Assembly: GCA_963790205.1 (NCBI GenBank)
Contig: CAWBNQ010000001.1
Location: 256,001 to 320,000, forward strand
Length of the DNA: 64,000 bases
Source of the DNA: Nitrospirota bacterium
GTDB taxonomy: Bacteria > Nitrospirota > UBA9217
Direction: 5' to 3'
A program made the position numbers and the translations under genes. Within the stretch, counting starts at the first letter, position 1. Each line of letters starts with the position of its first letter. Shown in pieces: positions 11,101 through 19,264 of the stretch. A model generated the notes under the pieces. That model was given only the letters and a program-made list of their open reading frames with translations, was not told the origin of the DNA and ran no database searches.

Positions 11101-13233
11101 TACCTGGGGCGAGGCGATGAAAGAGTAAGTTACCGTGATGCTGCCGTCGCCTGCGATGTCGCTTATCGGGAATGTCTGGAGCAGAACTCCGCCTGTACTG
11201 GGATCGCCGTTGTAGATCGCCAGGTTGAATGCACCCGTGTCCTTGATGCCGGTATTATGGGCGGTTATGGTAAGCGCCACGCTGTCACCGGATACGGGAT
11301 GCGGAGGGTTGAAGACCAGGTCTGTGGCGGAAATTTCTATGTCCACCATGTCGGTCATGATCCTGACTGACGCGCGGTTGTTGTTCTCGTTCGATTCGAT
11401 GATCTGGTTGGCCCGGTCGAGGATGACGTAGACGTCGTGGATGCCGCTGGGTATGGCCCAGCTTGCGGTTATAAGCTGCGATCCTCCGGCGACAAGGGAG
11501 ATCGTCTGGCTGTTTATGAGCGTGCCGCCCGATTCGGGCGCGCCGTCGAAGATCTCGACGGTGAAGTTATTTGCCGCATCAGCGCCGATGTTATGGACAT
11601 TTGCGGCGATCTGGACCGTGTCGCCTGCATGGGGCCGGGAGGGATTTAGAATAATGTCTGTGGGTGAAATTGTCAGATCAGCCTGGGTGAGCGTGCCGCC
11701 CACGTTCACCGTGACCGAGCCGGTGTTGTTGGTCTTGGATATCTCGGTGATTACGTTCCCTGAGTCGGCAACGAGGTAGAGCGTATGGGAGCCGTTCGTC
11801 GTAAGGGTGACGCCGATGGTCCCGGTGCGCATATCGCTGCCGCTCACGCCGGAGATATCGGCGGTCTGGAGGAGAACGCCGTTATTTGCCGGGTCGCCGT
11901 CATACAAGGCCACGGTAAATGCACCTGCAGGGCTCTCGCCTATATTTCTTATGGTGTAGTTGAGCGTGAACGCAGTTCCCGCGGTTGGTACATAGGTTGA
12001 GGGTATAAGGTCTGAGGAATAGACGGCAAGGTCCGGGCCGGTTGCCACCCAGAGCCGGGCTGAGGCTTTGTTGTCGAGCTTGTTGGTTTCCGAGATGAGG
12101 TTATCAGGGTCAGCGACGACGAAGATGGTGTCAGCGCCGGTGCCGCTGAAACTCGTTGTGATTGACGCTTGTGCCGATGAGCCAAGGGCTATGAGCGGGA
12201 TTATCTGGTCCGTGCCGATCTGAGTGCCGCCGACTGCGGGATCGCCGAGGTAGAAGCGGACCATCACATTTGATGCGTTGTCGTAACCCGTATTGCTTAT
12301 TACGGCGCTGATGGTCGTCGTGGCCCCGGAAAGGGGCATGGAATTCGAGAAGGTGATTCCGGAGGTTGAGACAGCAAGGTTCGGTTTTGCTTCTGCAAGG
12401 GCCTGGAGCGCCAGGGCGGTTGAATAGGGATCGTCGTTCCAGGAACCGTCAGCGAGTTGGGATGTGGTGAGGTAATTGATGCCGTTCTGGATGGTCTGGA
12501 CGCTCCCCTGCCCGCTTTCGATCATGGACATAAGAGATAGAGCCGTGTCGTAAACAGTTGAAGGTGAGTTCCCGAACCCGCCGTCGGTGTTTTGATAGGC
12601 GAGCAGGAACGCCGATGCTTGATTGATGGAAGTCTGATTGATGAAGACGGAATTGTAGGCAGACAGCGCTCGGAGGACGAATGATGTGACGTAGGTGTTG
12701 CTGGCATCGCCTGGAGTGAACCCCCATCCACCGTCTGTGTTCTGGTTCGTTGTGAGGTAGCTCAATGACTGGCCGATGAGCGTAGTGTCGGAGTAATTTA
12801 TGGCAGAAAGGGCCTGGAGGGCCAAGGCGGTGTCGAGGATTTCGTTGACGTAATCTGAATCCATTCCCCATCCGCCTTCCGTTCCCCGATAGAGAAGCAG
12901 GCTGGCCAGATCGGCTGAGGTGTCCTGTCCGGCACGTTTGAGAGCGATGATCTGGCGTGCGAGATAGTCAGTAGGCGAAACGATCTGGCCGCTGAGCCAC
13001 TGGAAGCCTGTCGAATATGCTTGGCTTGAAGGATCAAGAGCGTAGGCGGCATCTAGAGCCGCAGCCGTGGAGTAATAATCGGTGGTCACCATTTGCGGCC
13101 AATTACCGCTAGCGGTCTGAGAAGAGTAGAGCCAGGAGAGGCCGGATGAAATCTGTGGCGATTGAGCAAAAGCACGAGAATATGGAGACGATAACAAGAT
13201 AATTAAAGCGATGATCAACGCTTTTTTTTGCAT
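5122..13233 (-). CDS. 2703-aa secreted multidomain protein: signal peptide, QW-repeat (prenyltransferase/squalene-oxidase-like) barrel, about 8 CARDB domains, FG-GAP propeller, Ig-like domains, 5 Fn3-like repeats, C-terminal beta domain
   Basis: Signal peptide ending AFA-Q; QNxDGG(W/F)G repeats; repeated PDL...N.G...FYxGDP..GG...DP.N.I.E....NN; DFDGDGKPEI-type repeats; five P.AP...TPTL...YYWR.RA.DG...GPW repeats. Confidence 0.9.
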   Translation of the reverse strand: MQKKALIIALIILLSSPYSRAFAQSPQISSGLSWLYSSQTASGNWPQMVTTDYYSTAAALDAAYALDPSSQAYSTGFQWLSGQIVSPTDYLARQIIALKRAGQDTSADLASLLLYRGTEGGWGMDSDYVNEILDTALALQALSAINYSDTTLIGQSLSYLTTNQNTDGGWGFTPGDASNTYVTSFVLRALSAYNSVFINQTSINQASAFLLAYQNTDGGFGNSPSTVYDTALSLMSMIESGQGSVQTIQNGINYLTTSQLADGSWNDDPYSTALALQALAEAKPNLAVSTSGITFSNSMPLSGATTTISAVISNTGYDNASNVMVRFYLGDPAVGGTQIGTDQIIPLIALGSSAQASITTSFSGTGADTIFVVADPDNLISETNKLDNKASARLWVATGPDLAVYSSDLIPSTYVPTAGTAFTLNYTIRNIGESPAGAFTVALYDGDPANNGVLLQTADISGVSGSDMRTGTIGVTLTTNGSHTLYLVADSGNVITEISKTNNTGSVTVNVGGTLTQADLTISPTDIILNPSRPHAGDTVQIAANVHNIGADAANNFTVEIFDGAPESGGTLINSQTISLVAGGSQLITASWAIPSGIHDVYVILDRANQIIESNENNNRASVRIMTDMVDIEISATDLVFNPPHPVSGDSVALTITAHNTGIKDTGAFNLAIYNGDPSTGGVLLQTFPISDIAGDGSITVTYSFIASPQVYRFYAVADPENVVVEMYEDNNTAIRSLTILSPGETLGPDLVPVSIDLTNTTTDPQSLAISGTAHVTFQNTGDDKITTSFNVSIFEDKDGDGKYTAGVDNLLGTGLMSFGTGSNPAALWPEGVGAVDVPLSGAVTFLHSPLYAFVDSGDAILEQNEDNNHLVSCKDCQVVPTNPIQATVKWKWGIPSAGWLLLPQPTIMHLRDTNGDGKIDQNDVPDIVLPVMNPLLVYSAKILAFKGDTGENYASIYDINHHADILSYVSSGDFDGDGKPEIIFETNNNTYGYGLVVYNNDWTMKWDDSAQVQAWKTAHPSSSSGYFIPTISQRNVTAIADLKGDGNKEIISGPTVINADGSVRCAGYNSYNGSGKGYFNVYGGVLYDFAAVVDLNLDGQQEIVAGNAAYDNNCNRIWWKSSLPDGAVAIANFDGDPYPEIVLEGYVSGDAVVYLLDNTGNIKWGPVSVRQLLGNNSIGSFGASPPIVADFDGDGKPEIGIRSENKILVLNKDGQLKNTLTIPVYTSSAYSAAPTVFDLDGDGIPKVMINSGGYFTILSGKDGTVLYQEPFGGDDNVFPQNVTVADVDGDGQVELVVTGHDDKNNLEAMRVYHSVDPNHPWSNGRRIYNQPSYHVTNVNDDGSIPQHEAPSWLLNNTYQTQASIGPNPNPYLTPNLTASDLRIEQAGLSTNIAVRVGNGGAIASTPTVTVTYYDGDPAAGGTAIGTASTTKALNPGDFQDVVYNWAGGGLGLHHIYAVVDAANAISECRKDDNQAAADVTIVVEYPDLTISPQNIALPAGPYYEGTPIPVTATISNIGGLSASNVVVRLYNGNPATGGVRVGTDQVIASISAGGTAPVTFSYDTLGKVGTNVLYIVVDPANAIVESSKANNSASVMFQVQQAVLPDLAVSASDIQLTPASPSEGNALSVSATIHNQGASTSNVLVNIYLGNPSSGGMLVSSQTIYPVMALGSTAMVQASLDTTGWAGQQQVYVVVDPASMIIESREDNNMASQAIFIQSAGLAASLTLDKATYNADDTVTETLTVSDNTGNTRYLTLGLYVKDSAGNLIATISTADPVTVNANSSVMLTRTWNTAATLAGQYTVMAEFSESGRVISRKVTGFTIASDTRMSAGVTTDKISYNPNDTAALSAVITSQSRNTILQNLSATLTIGSNIVTSPATTLFTDTKAITSLMPGATYNFKDYWNIGTYPSGTYPVTLIVRDLTGTIIATGTQTLTITNVINPASVLRGQISVGAQELLSGQTATVSYNVTNVGNIDLQNVTLTVLTVNVSDQTVYDTFPNQATLAMGGSTANTILIDTTRYTAKDYLVILQATVGSLTETLSGAYFRIEGAPSSPSLVGPVNGSDVLTFTPTLTVNNASDPNDDKLTYQFELYSDSALTQLTASSDMLTQGTGTTSWTVPLTLTENQTYYWRSRAYDNWLYGPWMAPASFRVNTVDDPPTAPLISSPTDGSQVATYTPVLTVTNATDPDSPSLTYNFDVALDPGFTQIIATTTGVMSSQTSTMSSQGTTSWQVPANLVENNWYYWRAQADDWFMTGLWSTTASFFVNTTNEPPTMPVITAPANNATIAALDTDIAVANSTDPDSSVIAYFFEVDTVPTFDSPNIIRSGSVAQGQSATTWRVTGLTEDTQYYVRVKASDGQADSPWSTVVGFFANAVNEPPTAPTLANPSNAGAVTVFTPTLSVYDSTDPDRDALTYDFEVYSDSGLITLVTSTTGVAETSQITSWTVPVVLTENQTYYWRTRAFDGKLYGPWMPQASFMVNTADDAPSAPSLSAPADGSSVATLTPTLAVVNATDPDSPSLTYDFEIYSGGALVTSIIGVPGGSSGITSATPATALTDNTIYQWRCRAYDGQLYGPWTSMASFTVHLPQTGITATIDFDPDTLNKSSNGTWVVVYIELPAGYNVKDIDVSSIRLEGTIPAETWPYAIGDQDKDGIPDLMVKFKRSDVIGVLPLGDSVPVHVTGKVGPTAFDGVDVIRVIN

Positions 13234-13472
13234 AGTTCCTCCGAACGCGACAATAATATAACGTCTATATAAATATGTCCTTGAATCCGCCTATGCGGTC
13301 GCAATAAACAAGATACAATCGTTGTCTTCTTAATTCTCTCGAAAGCGGAGAAGTATGTTCGTGTGATTCAGCAACTTGCATGCTGCAATATATTTATCTG
13401 GTCCAGCGCGAATGTTGACGGGATGTTTTTACTTAAAAAATATTTTACTTTGCTACACTTTGTCCTCTTGTC

Positions 13473-14366
13473 CTATTGCCCTACCAAATTGAACGTCTCC
13501 TCAGTCCTGTTCCATTCAACCTGATATTTATCCCAAGGCGCGACAGGGTATTTTGCTTTAAGCGCGTCATTCATCTGCATAAACATTTCAAAACCCTTTT
13601 GAATCTTCTCGCCAAACCTCCGCCCTTCCCACGAACCTCCAATAATTATCATCCTCAGACAGTCTTTATTGAATATCAGTCTGGCATTAAAATGCTGAAC
13701 GTCTTCAAGTTTTTTCTTAAGAACTGCATCAATCTCAGGGCAGCCAGTCACTGGGATTTCATCTTTATCGCCCTCACATTTTAACGCGACATCGATAGCA
13801 TATGGCCCTTTGATGAGGGAAAATAGTTCCACTTGACTTTCTTGGCCACCTGGCCCTCCCTTTCGGCCACCAAACATGTAGGCTTGAAATTTTTCCCAAC
13901 TCGTCTGATTGCTGCGCGGAGTCCCCGAAGCAATAGAAGCCTCCTCTCGTTTGGGCAAAGCCATATCAGGTGATGCCTCTCCAGGGGAATACGATAAGAA
14001 TGGCGAAAGGATGAGAGCAGCAACATGAATGTCATCTAACCACCCGTAAGCAAAACGATATTTTCCATAATAACGCACACTTATCTTAGTTCTTTTTTTT
14101 ATGAAACGCACCCCCAACTCATATGCGAATTCGGTAAAGTCTTTTTTTGCAAAGGTCGCCTTTCGCCAAAGTATCCAACTAATAAAGAGGACCAAAATTG
14201 AAATGGCCTCGCTTACCATCAAATCTATTTCGGAGTGCCGATGAAAACGATAGATATTCTTAATAAATGCGATTAGGAGTATCATCGTCATTGTCGATGC
14301 AAAAAACAAAACGTACCACAAGACTACAAGATAAGAAGGGCGATTGTATTTTTTTTTAAGCAGCAT
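13473..14366 (-). CDS. Hypothetical AT-rich membrane protein with two N-terminal TM helices; candidate immunity protein
   Basis: 297-aa ORF; GGAGG RBS lies inside the upstream gene, which it overlaps by 11 nt. Confidence 0.7.
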   Translation of the reverse strand: MLLKKKYNRPSYLVVLWYVLFFASTMTMILLIAFIKNIYRFHRHSEIDLMVSEAISILVLFISWILWRKATFAKKDFTEFAYELGVRFIKKRTKISVRYYGKYRFAYGWLDDIHVAALILSPFLSYSPGEASPDMALPKREEASIASGTPRSNQTSWEKFQAYMFGGRKGGPGGQESQVELFSLIKGPYAIDVALKCEGDKDEIPVTGCPEIDAVLKKKLEDVQHFNARLIFNKDCLRMIIIGGSWEGRRFGEKIQKGFEMFMQMNDALKAKYPVAPWDKYQVEWNRTEETFNLVGQ

Positions 14367-17300
14367 AAGAATACCTCCAGGATGACTTTTTCACGGCAAA
14401 GTACTTTTCTCGAGATGTGCGCGGGCCATATGCATATTGAATCAGGGCCAGCAACAGCATTTCTACGAGCGTTGCAATTATAGCGACAAGGAGAATCCCA
14501 ACAATGGCTGCCCCAAATCCAGTTGCTGCAAACATTATGGCAGAAATATATGCCGCGGATATCACACTCATGGATAGATCAAGAACAGCGGCAGATTCCG
14601 CCTTTACTGTATTGCCCGTATTGTTATACATGTCATCGTATGTCTTCCAAGCGGATATGCTCATTGTAATATAACCGGCTATAATTGAGAACTTCGAGGC
14701 TATTCCACTGCCTAGTTTAAAGAGGAACTTAATCATGGCATCGGTAAAATCGAAGGCAAAATTTTTCAATATGTCTCCAAAAAAATTACTCAATTGATCA
14801 CCGGTTGTCGCTGTTCCACTGCCATTCAACCCTCCGGAAATTACATATGCTCCAGCGCCCGTGTCCGGATCGGTTACAATATATCCGTCACCATGCCAGT
14901 CATAATACTGTATCGACTGCCCAGGGATTGTTACGCGCTTTCCAGCAGCAATCGCGTTTTGAATATCCGACATAGTTTCCGCGGATATCCGAAGTAACGG
15001 CAATATCGTGGCGCTGTTAGTTGAGTCTATCGTATAAATCGGGATGCCTTGCTGATTGGCGATGCTAAGAATTTTTACTGCCGACACAGCCTGTCCATCT
15101 TGATGAAGCTCCTCAATTATTGTGTGTTCATACGCTGACCCGATTGTTCCGGATACGGTCATAAAGCCTTTTTCATCAGACGCATTACCTCTTAAAGAGA
15201 CCGCATTTATTGGATAGCGTTTTACATCGAGATTCGTTCCGAGAGAACTGATGCTATACGGGACGCCGTAGATATACGAGATAGTCGGTGCTAATGTCGC
15301 AAGCATCTCAGCTGGTTGTTTTGAGTATGCGACCTTCCCTGTCGCAATCATTCGGTTTGTCGTCTCTGTCTGAGTAAAATATCCAAGGTTATGCAGATTG
15401 AGAGTCTCCCCGATAATATCATCCACAGCAACGTCTTGTTGCCCTAGTAGACTCCCAGCTGCGCTGAGTTGCGCACTCCTTTGATCAAGAAGACTTTTTG
15501 ATACTTTTTGTAAGTCGAGCCCGATTGAGGCATATGTTGATGCCGATATCTTATGAGTAATGATATCTGTCGAGCCGTTAGGCACAATAAACGTCACGGA
15601 CAACTCCTGCGTCATTCCCATGCCCGTGCTGCCGCCCGTACTTACCGTTGCACCGTCGATATTGAGAACCGGTTTGAGGTTCACGAGATATGGCGGGGTG
15701 TTGTAATAGCCATAGTTCTGTAAAGTGGTCGCATCGGCCTGAGTAGCCGGCATATATGCTATGGTTATGCGCTTACCCGCAAGGTATGCTGTTGAATATG
15801 TAACATCCATTGACTGCGTCATTGACTGCGGATCGTATATTGATATCCCGACTTTATACTGAAGAGAGTCGGGCACTTCGGCATACTTCGAACCTGCGAG
15901 AACGGTTTTGTAGGGAAGACTGGCCGGAAGGATCTCAAGTTGTTGAGTGATGATATTTTTGCTCCCAATAACGTCTCCAACAGTGGGATTTTGTAAATTG
16001 TTTATATATGATTCAAGAGAGGTTTTGACTTGATCAAGTTGCGTTTGAATAAGAGTCGTATCTATCCCTGTTATCGATCCAGTGGATGTATTGGTGACTC
16101 CGCTGTTTATCAATGAGTTAGCAAACGAGGAAGGATCAAAGCCTGTAATTTGTTTTACGTCAAGGCCTGATTTGTAAGTATATTGCTTAAAACTTGCATC
16201 GAGCGGAATCCAGGTATTTCCCTGCCGTTGCACCGCTCCCCGCGAAGGGATGTAATCTATCCAAGCTTCAACCCATACATGTTCCATCTGTGCCGCGTAG
16301 ATTGTTCCGCCTGATCTTACGCCGGTGACCGGAATCCCGCTATTGGCGATATATTTTAATGCTGCACTCTGGTCTGTGAAGCCGCCCACCCAATTCATAA
16401 CCTTATCGATAGGGACTTCAATAGTTCCGTAAACATAATGGGCATAAATGTTCGAGGCCCTAAGAAGGGCAATCAGCAAAGATGCGGTGTCAAAATCATT
16501 GCACTGTTTGGACTGAAAACACGCTTCTGCGCCCTGGATGCTACCGTAAGTGGGTGCATATTCGATGTTATTCCGAACCCAATTATAGATACTTACCGGA
16601 TTGTAGTTAAGTTGTGCAGCAAGCGCCTGGATGTCTTGAGTGAACTGAATTTCGGGGGTTTCAGATAGATCGTCGGCTGTTGGCTGGACCACGGTCGTGG
16701 CCGATGCCAAATTCAACGTACCGGATTCAAGATTCAAAACAGACTGCGGACGAAAATCGTTTACCGCGGGGGGAACAGAGGTCTCGGAGATGGGCAATGC
16801 GGGCATTTCAGGTTTAGAATCAGATGATAAAAGACCGGTCAATGGCCCGTTGGATGCGACGAGGATGGGCTTGTGCTCAATTGCTGCTCCCGACTTAAAG
16901 ACTATGGAACCTACCGGTCCTGAAATCTGTGTGGCCAAGAGATTAGTCATTAAACGGCTATCGGCGACTTTCTTTTTGCCTTGAGTCTTCTGCTTCAGAA
17001 AATCGCGCTGGAACTCCTCGGAAGTTGTCCTCGGCGCTCTTGCCTTGGCTTTCACCCTTCTGTTCGGTAAGTTGTTCGGATCGAGAGGGACGTGCTTTTT
17101 GGCAGGCTTTACCTTTTCAAGATGCAGCCGCGTTGTTTCGATCCTGGCCTTTAGGTCTGACGCGGTTTTTGCTTTGTCGATGTCATCGATCTCGGATTTG
17201 AGCTGAGTGAGGTTCTTCTCGTAATTCTTGACGAACGCCATATGCCTGTCGAGGATGACCTGCGGGAGCTTGGCGTCTTTGAGCTTCTTCTCCGTGGCGC

Positions 17301-17640
17301 TGAACTCGGCCCTGAGGTCTATATCGATCTTTTCAATCTCCGCTTTCTTCGCCTTTATTCCTGCAACCTCTGCGGCTACATCCTCGCCTCTCCCTGCTTT
17401 CTCTCCGGCCTTCGTGACACCCGCGCGAATCCCTTCCAGCGCCTTCTCGAACCGCTCCGACGCCGTTTGTATGGGCGTATTGCGATACGCCCCTGCGTGC
17501 CCCTTGTCGCTTGTTCCTTGGCCCTGCGGCGTTGCCGCAAAGGCAACGGCCTGCCATACCGGGCCGAACGTCCAGATAAAGAAAAACAGCACGACTGCCG
17601 AGATAAGTCTTAAAACCCGGTAGAAGGTCTTCACGCGCAT
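14356..17640 (-). CDS. 1094-aa exported transglutaminase-like-domain protein with hydrophobic C-terminal tail
   Basis: N-terminal signal/TM, coiled coil, IYNWVRNNIEY.P.YGS.QGA, CNDFDTASLLIALLRAS, EHVWVEAW, WIPLDAS; AAGGAG RBS. Confidence 0.88.
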   Translation of the reverse strand: MRVKTFYRVLRLISAVVLFFFIWTFGPVWQAVAFAATPQGQGTSDKGHAGAYRNTPIQTASERFEKALEGIRAGVTKAGEKAGRGEDVAAEVAGIKAKKAEIEKIDIDLRAEFSATEKKLKDAKLPQVILDRHMAFVKNYEKNLTQLKSEIDDIDKAKTASDLKARIETTRLHLEKVKPAKKHVPLDPNNLPNRRVKAKARAPRTTSEEFQRDFLKQKTQGKKKVADSRLMTNLLATQISGPVGSIVFKSGAAIEHKPILVASNGPLTGLLSSDSKPEMPALPISETSVPPAVNDFRPQSVLNLESGTLNLASATTVVQPTADDLSETPEIQFTQDIQALAAQLNYNPVSIYNWVRNNIEYAPTYGSIQGAEACFQSKQCNDFDTASLLIALLRASNIYAHYVYGTIEVPIDKVMNWVGGFTDQSAALKYIANSGIPVTGVRSGGTIYAAQMEHVWVEAWIDYIPSRGAVQRQGNTWIPLDASFKQYTYKSGLDVKQITGFDPSSFANSLINSGVTNTSTGSITGIDTTLIQTQLDQVKTSLESYINNLQNPTVGDVIGSKNIITQQLEILPASLPYKTVLAGSKYAEVPDSLQYKVGISIYDPQSMTQSMDVTYSTAYLAGKRITIAYMPATQADATTLQNYGYYNTPPYLVNLKPVLNIDGATVSTGGSTGMGMTQELSVTFIVPNGSTDIITHKISASTYASIGLDLQKVSKSLLDQRSAQLSAAGSLLGQQDVAVDDIIGETLNLHNLGYFTQTETTNRMIATGKVAYSKQPAEMLATLAPTISYIYGVPYSISSLGTNLDVKRYPINAVSLRGNASDEKGFMTVSGTIGSAYEHTIIEELHQDGQAVSAVKILSIANQQGIPIYTIDSTNSATILPLLRISAETMSDIQNAIAAGKRVTIPGQSIQYYDWHGDGYIVTDPDTGAGAYVISGGLNGSGTATTGDQLSNFFGDILKNFAFDFTDAMIKFLFKLGSGIASKFSIIAGYITMSISAWKTYDDMYNNTGNTVKAESAAVLDLSMSVISAAYISAIMFAATGFGAAIVGILLVAIIATLVEMLLLALIQYAYGPRTSREKYFAVKKSSWRYSYAA

Positions 17641-17869
17641 GGTTGCTCTCCTTGTGCCTATTCAGTTTTAAAACGAATTCTGAAACTCAGGTGCCGCGTT
17701 AAAGCAAATGCGGGAAGTGCTGGTACTGTTCTAACCGTGAATCGTCGAACCAGTAAATATAAGGAAGGCGCTGTTTTCGGATTGAGATTGTACTTTTGAA
17801 ACAACCGGTGCTTTTTTTCTGCCAACTGTAATACTTTAGAACCTGAATGTCAATCGGGGAAACCCTGAA

Positions 17870-19264
17870 TGTCCTCCCAAAGTGATAATGTCCTATTCTA
17901 AGCTACAATGCCCAACCGTACCGGGAGGGCAAGATGGCGGAAGAGGACAAGATCATAATGAGTCAAAAGGAAGTGAACCGGCTTCACGTTATTCGGCAGG
18001 CGATAGAAAAAGCGATAACTCAGGATCAGGCAGCAAAAATACTCGGATTAACGGATCGGCAGGTAAGAAGAATTGCCAGAAGCGTCCGATTGGAGGGAGA
18101 GGCCGGCATTTGCCACAAGTCCCGAGGGAAGAGGTCGCATAATCGGATTGGCGACAAGATAAAGGACAAGGCCGTCACGCTCTGCCGGGACACATACAAG
18201 AAATTCGGTCCCACCCATGCCAGCGAGAAGCTTGTAACGTTTCACAAGATCAAGGTCAGCGACGAGACGCTCCGGGGATGGTTTCAAGAGGAGCATATCC
18301 CCTACAAGAGTCGCAAGAAGAGACCACACCGTCAGTGGCGCGAACGAAAGGCCCACCGGGGTGAGATGATCCAGATGGACGGGTCCCATCACGACTGGTT
18401 CGAGGGCCGCGGCCCCTGGTGTGTTCTCATGGGTTACGTGGATGATGCCACCGGCACCGTGCATGCCCGTTTTTATGAGTATGAGGGAACACTGCCGGCC
18501 ATGGATGGTTTCAAGCGTTATATCAGGCTCTACGGGCTGCCCCAGAGCGTCTATCTGGACAGGCACTCAACGTACAAGGCCACGGCAAAGCAGAGCATCG
18601 AAGAGGAGCTAAACGACATTCGACCGATGAGCCATTTCGAGAAGAGCCTGGCAGAGCTTGGCGTCGAGGTCATCCATGCTTATTCCCCCCAGGCCAAAGG
18701 ACGCATCGAGCGGCTGTTCGGAACCTTTCAGGATCGGGTCGTCAACGAGATGCGGCTGGCCGGGGTGACGAATAGAGGGGAAGGCAACACGTTCCTGGAT
18801 GGCTATCTCCCCGAGTTCAACAGGAAGTACGCCAAGGAAGCGGCACAGAAAGCTGACTTTCATCGACCCGTCGCGAATAAGAGGGCGCTTGACACGATTC
18901 TCTCGATCAAGACCGACCGAGCATTACGGAACGACTTTACGATCGCCCACAACAAGAAGCTTTACCAGATCAAGAGCAATATCCGAGCTAAGAAGGTGAC
19001 GGTGGAAGAGAGAACCGACGGAACCATGCGCATAATCCATAACGGCCAGAGTCTGAAGTATCAAGAAATCATCGCACGACCCATACAGGGAAAGAAGTCG
19101 GCCGAGAAACCAAAACCCCTAAGATCATGGAAGCCGTCTGCATCACATCCTTGGAAGTCCCCAGCAAGGGCAATGGTCAAAGCAAGAACAGAGATTCAGG
19201 CAACATCATAAAACCGGACATTTTTGCTTTGGTAAGAATAGGACATTTTAACTTTGGGTTGACA
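17870..19264 (+). mobile_element. IS1202-family (ISNCY) insertion sequence, 1395 bp, 16-bp TSD
   Basis: TGT...ACA ends with imperfect IRs (TGTCCTCCCAAAGTGATAATGTCC vs TGTCAACCCAAAGTTAAAATGTCC); TCGGGGAAACCCTGAA duplicated at 17854-17869 and 19265-19280. Confidence 0.9.
17934..19211 (+). CDS. DDE transposase (ISNCY/IS1202 type)
   Basis: N-terminal HTH; QMDGSHHDWF, YLDRHS, AKGRIERLFGTFQDR. Confidence 0.93.
   Translation: MAEEDKIIMSQKEVNRLHVIRQAIEKAITQDQAAKILGLTDRQVRRIARSVRLEGEAGICHKSRGKRSHNRIGDKIKDKAVTLCRDTYKKFGPTHASEKLVTFHKIKVSDETLRGWFQEEHIPYKSRKKRPHRQWRERKAHRGEMIQMDGSHHDWFEGRGPWCVLMGYVDDATGTVHARFYEYEGTLPAMDGFKRYIRLYGLPQSVYLDRHSTYKATAKQSIEEELNDIRPMSHFEKSLAELGVEVIHAYSPQAKGRIERLFGTFQDRVVNEMRLAGVTNRGEGNTFLDGYLPEFNRKYAKEAAQKADFHRPVANKRALDTILSIKTDRALRNDFTIAHNKKLYQIKSNIRAKKVTVEERTDGTMRIIHNGQSLKYQEIIARPIQGKKSAEKPKPLRSWKPSASHPWKSPARAMVKARTEIQATS

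Noticed and set aside
12380..13170. Squalene-hopene cyclase call for the giant protein
   Set aside because: Only QW repeats are present, with no DXDD motif, and the protein is secreted.
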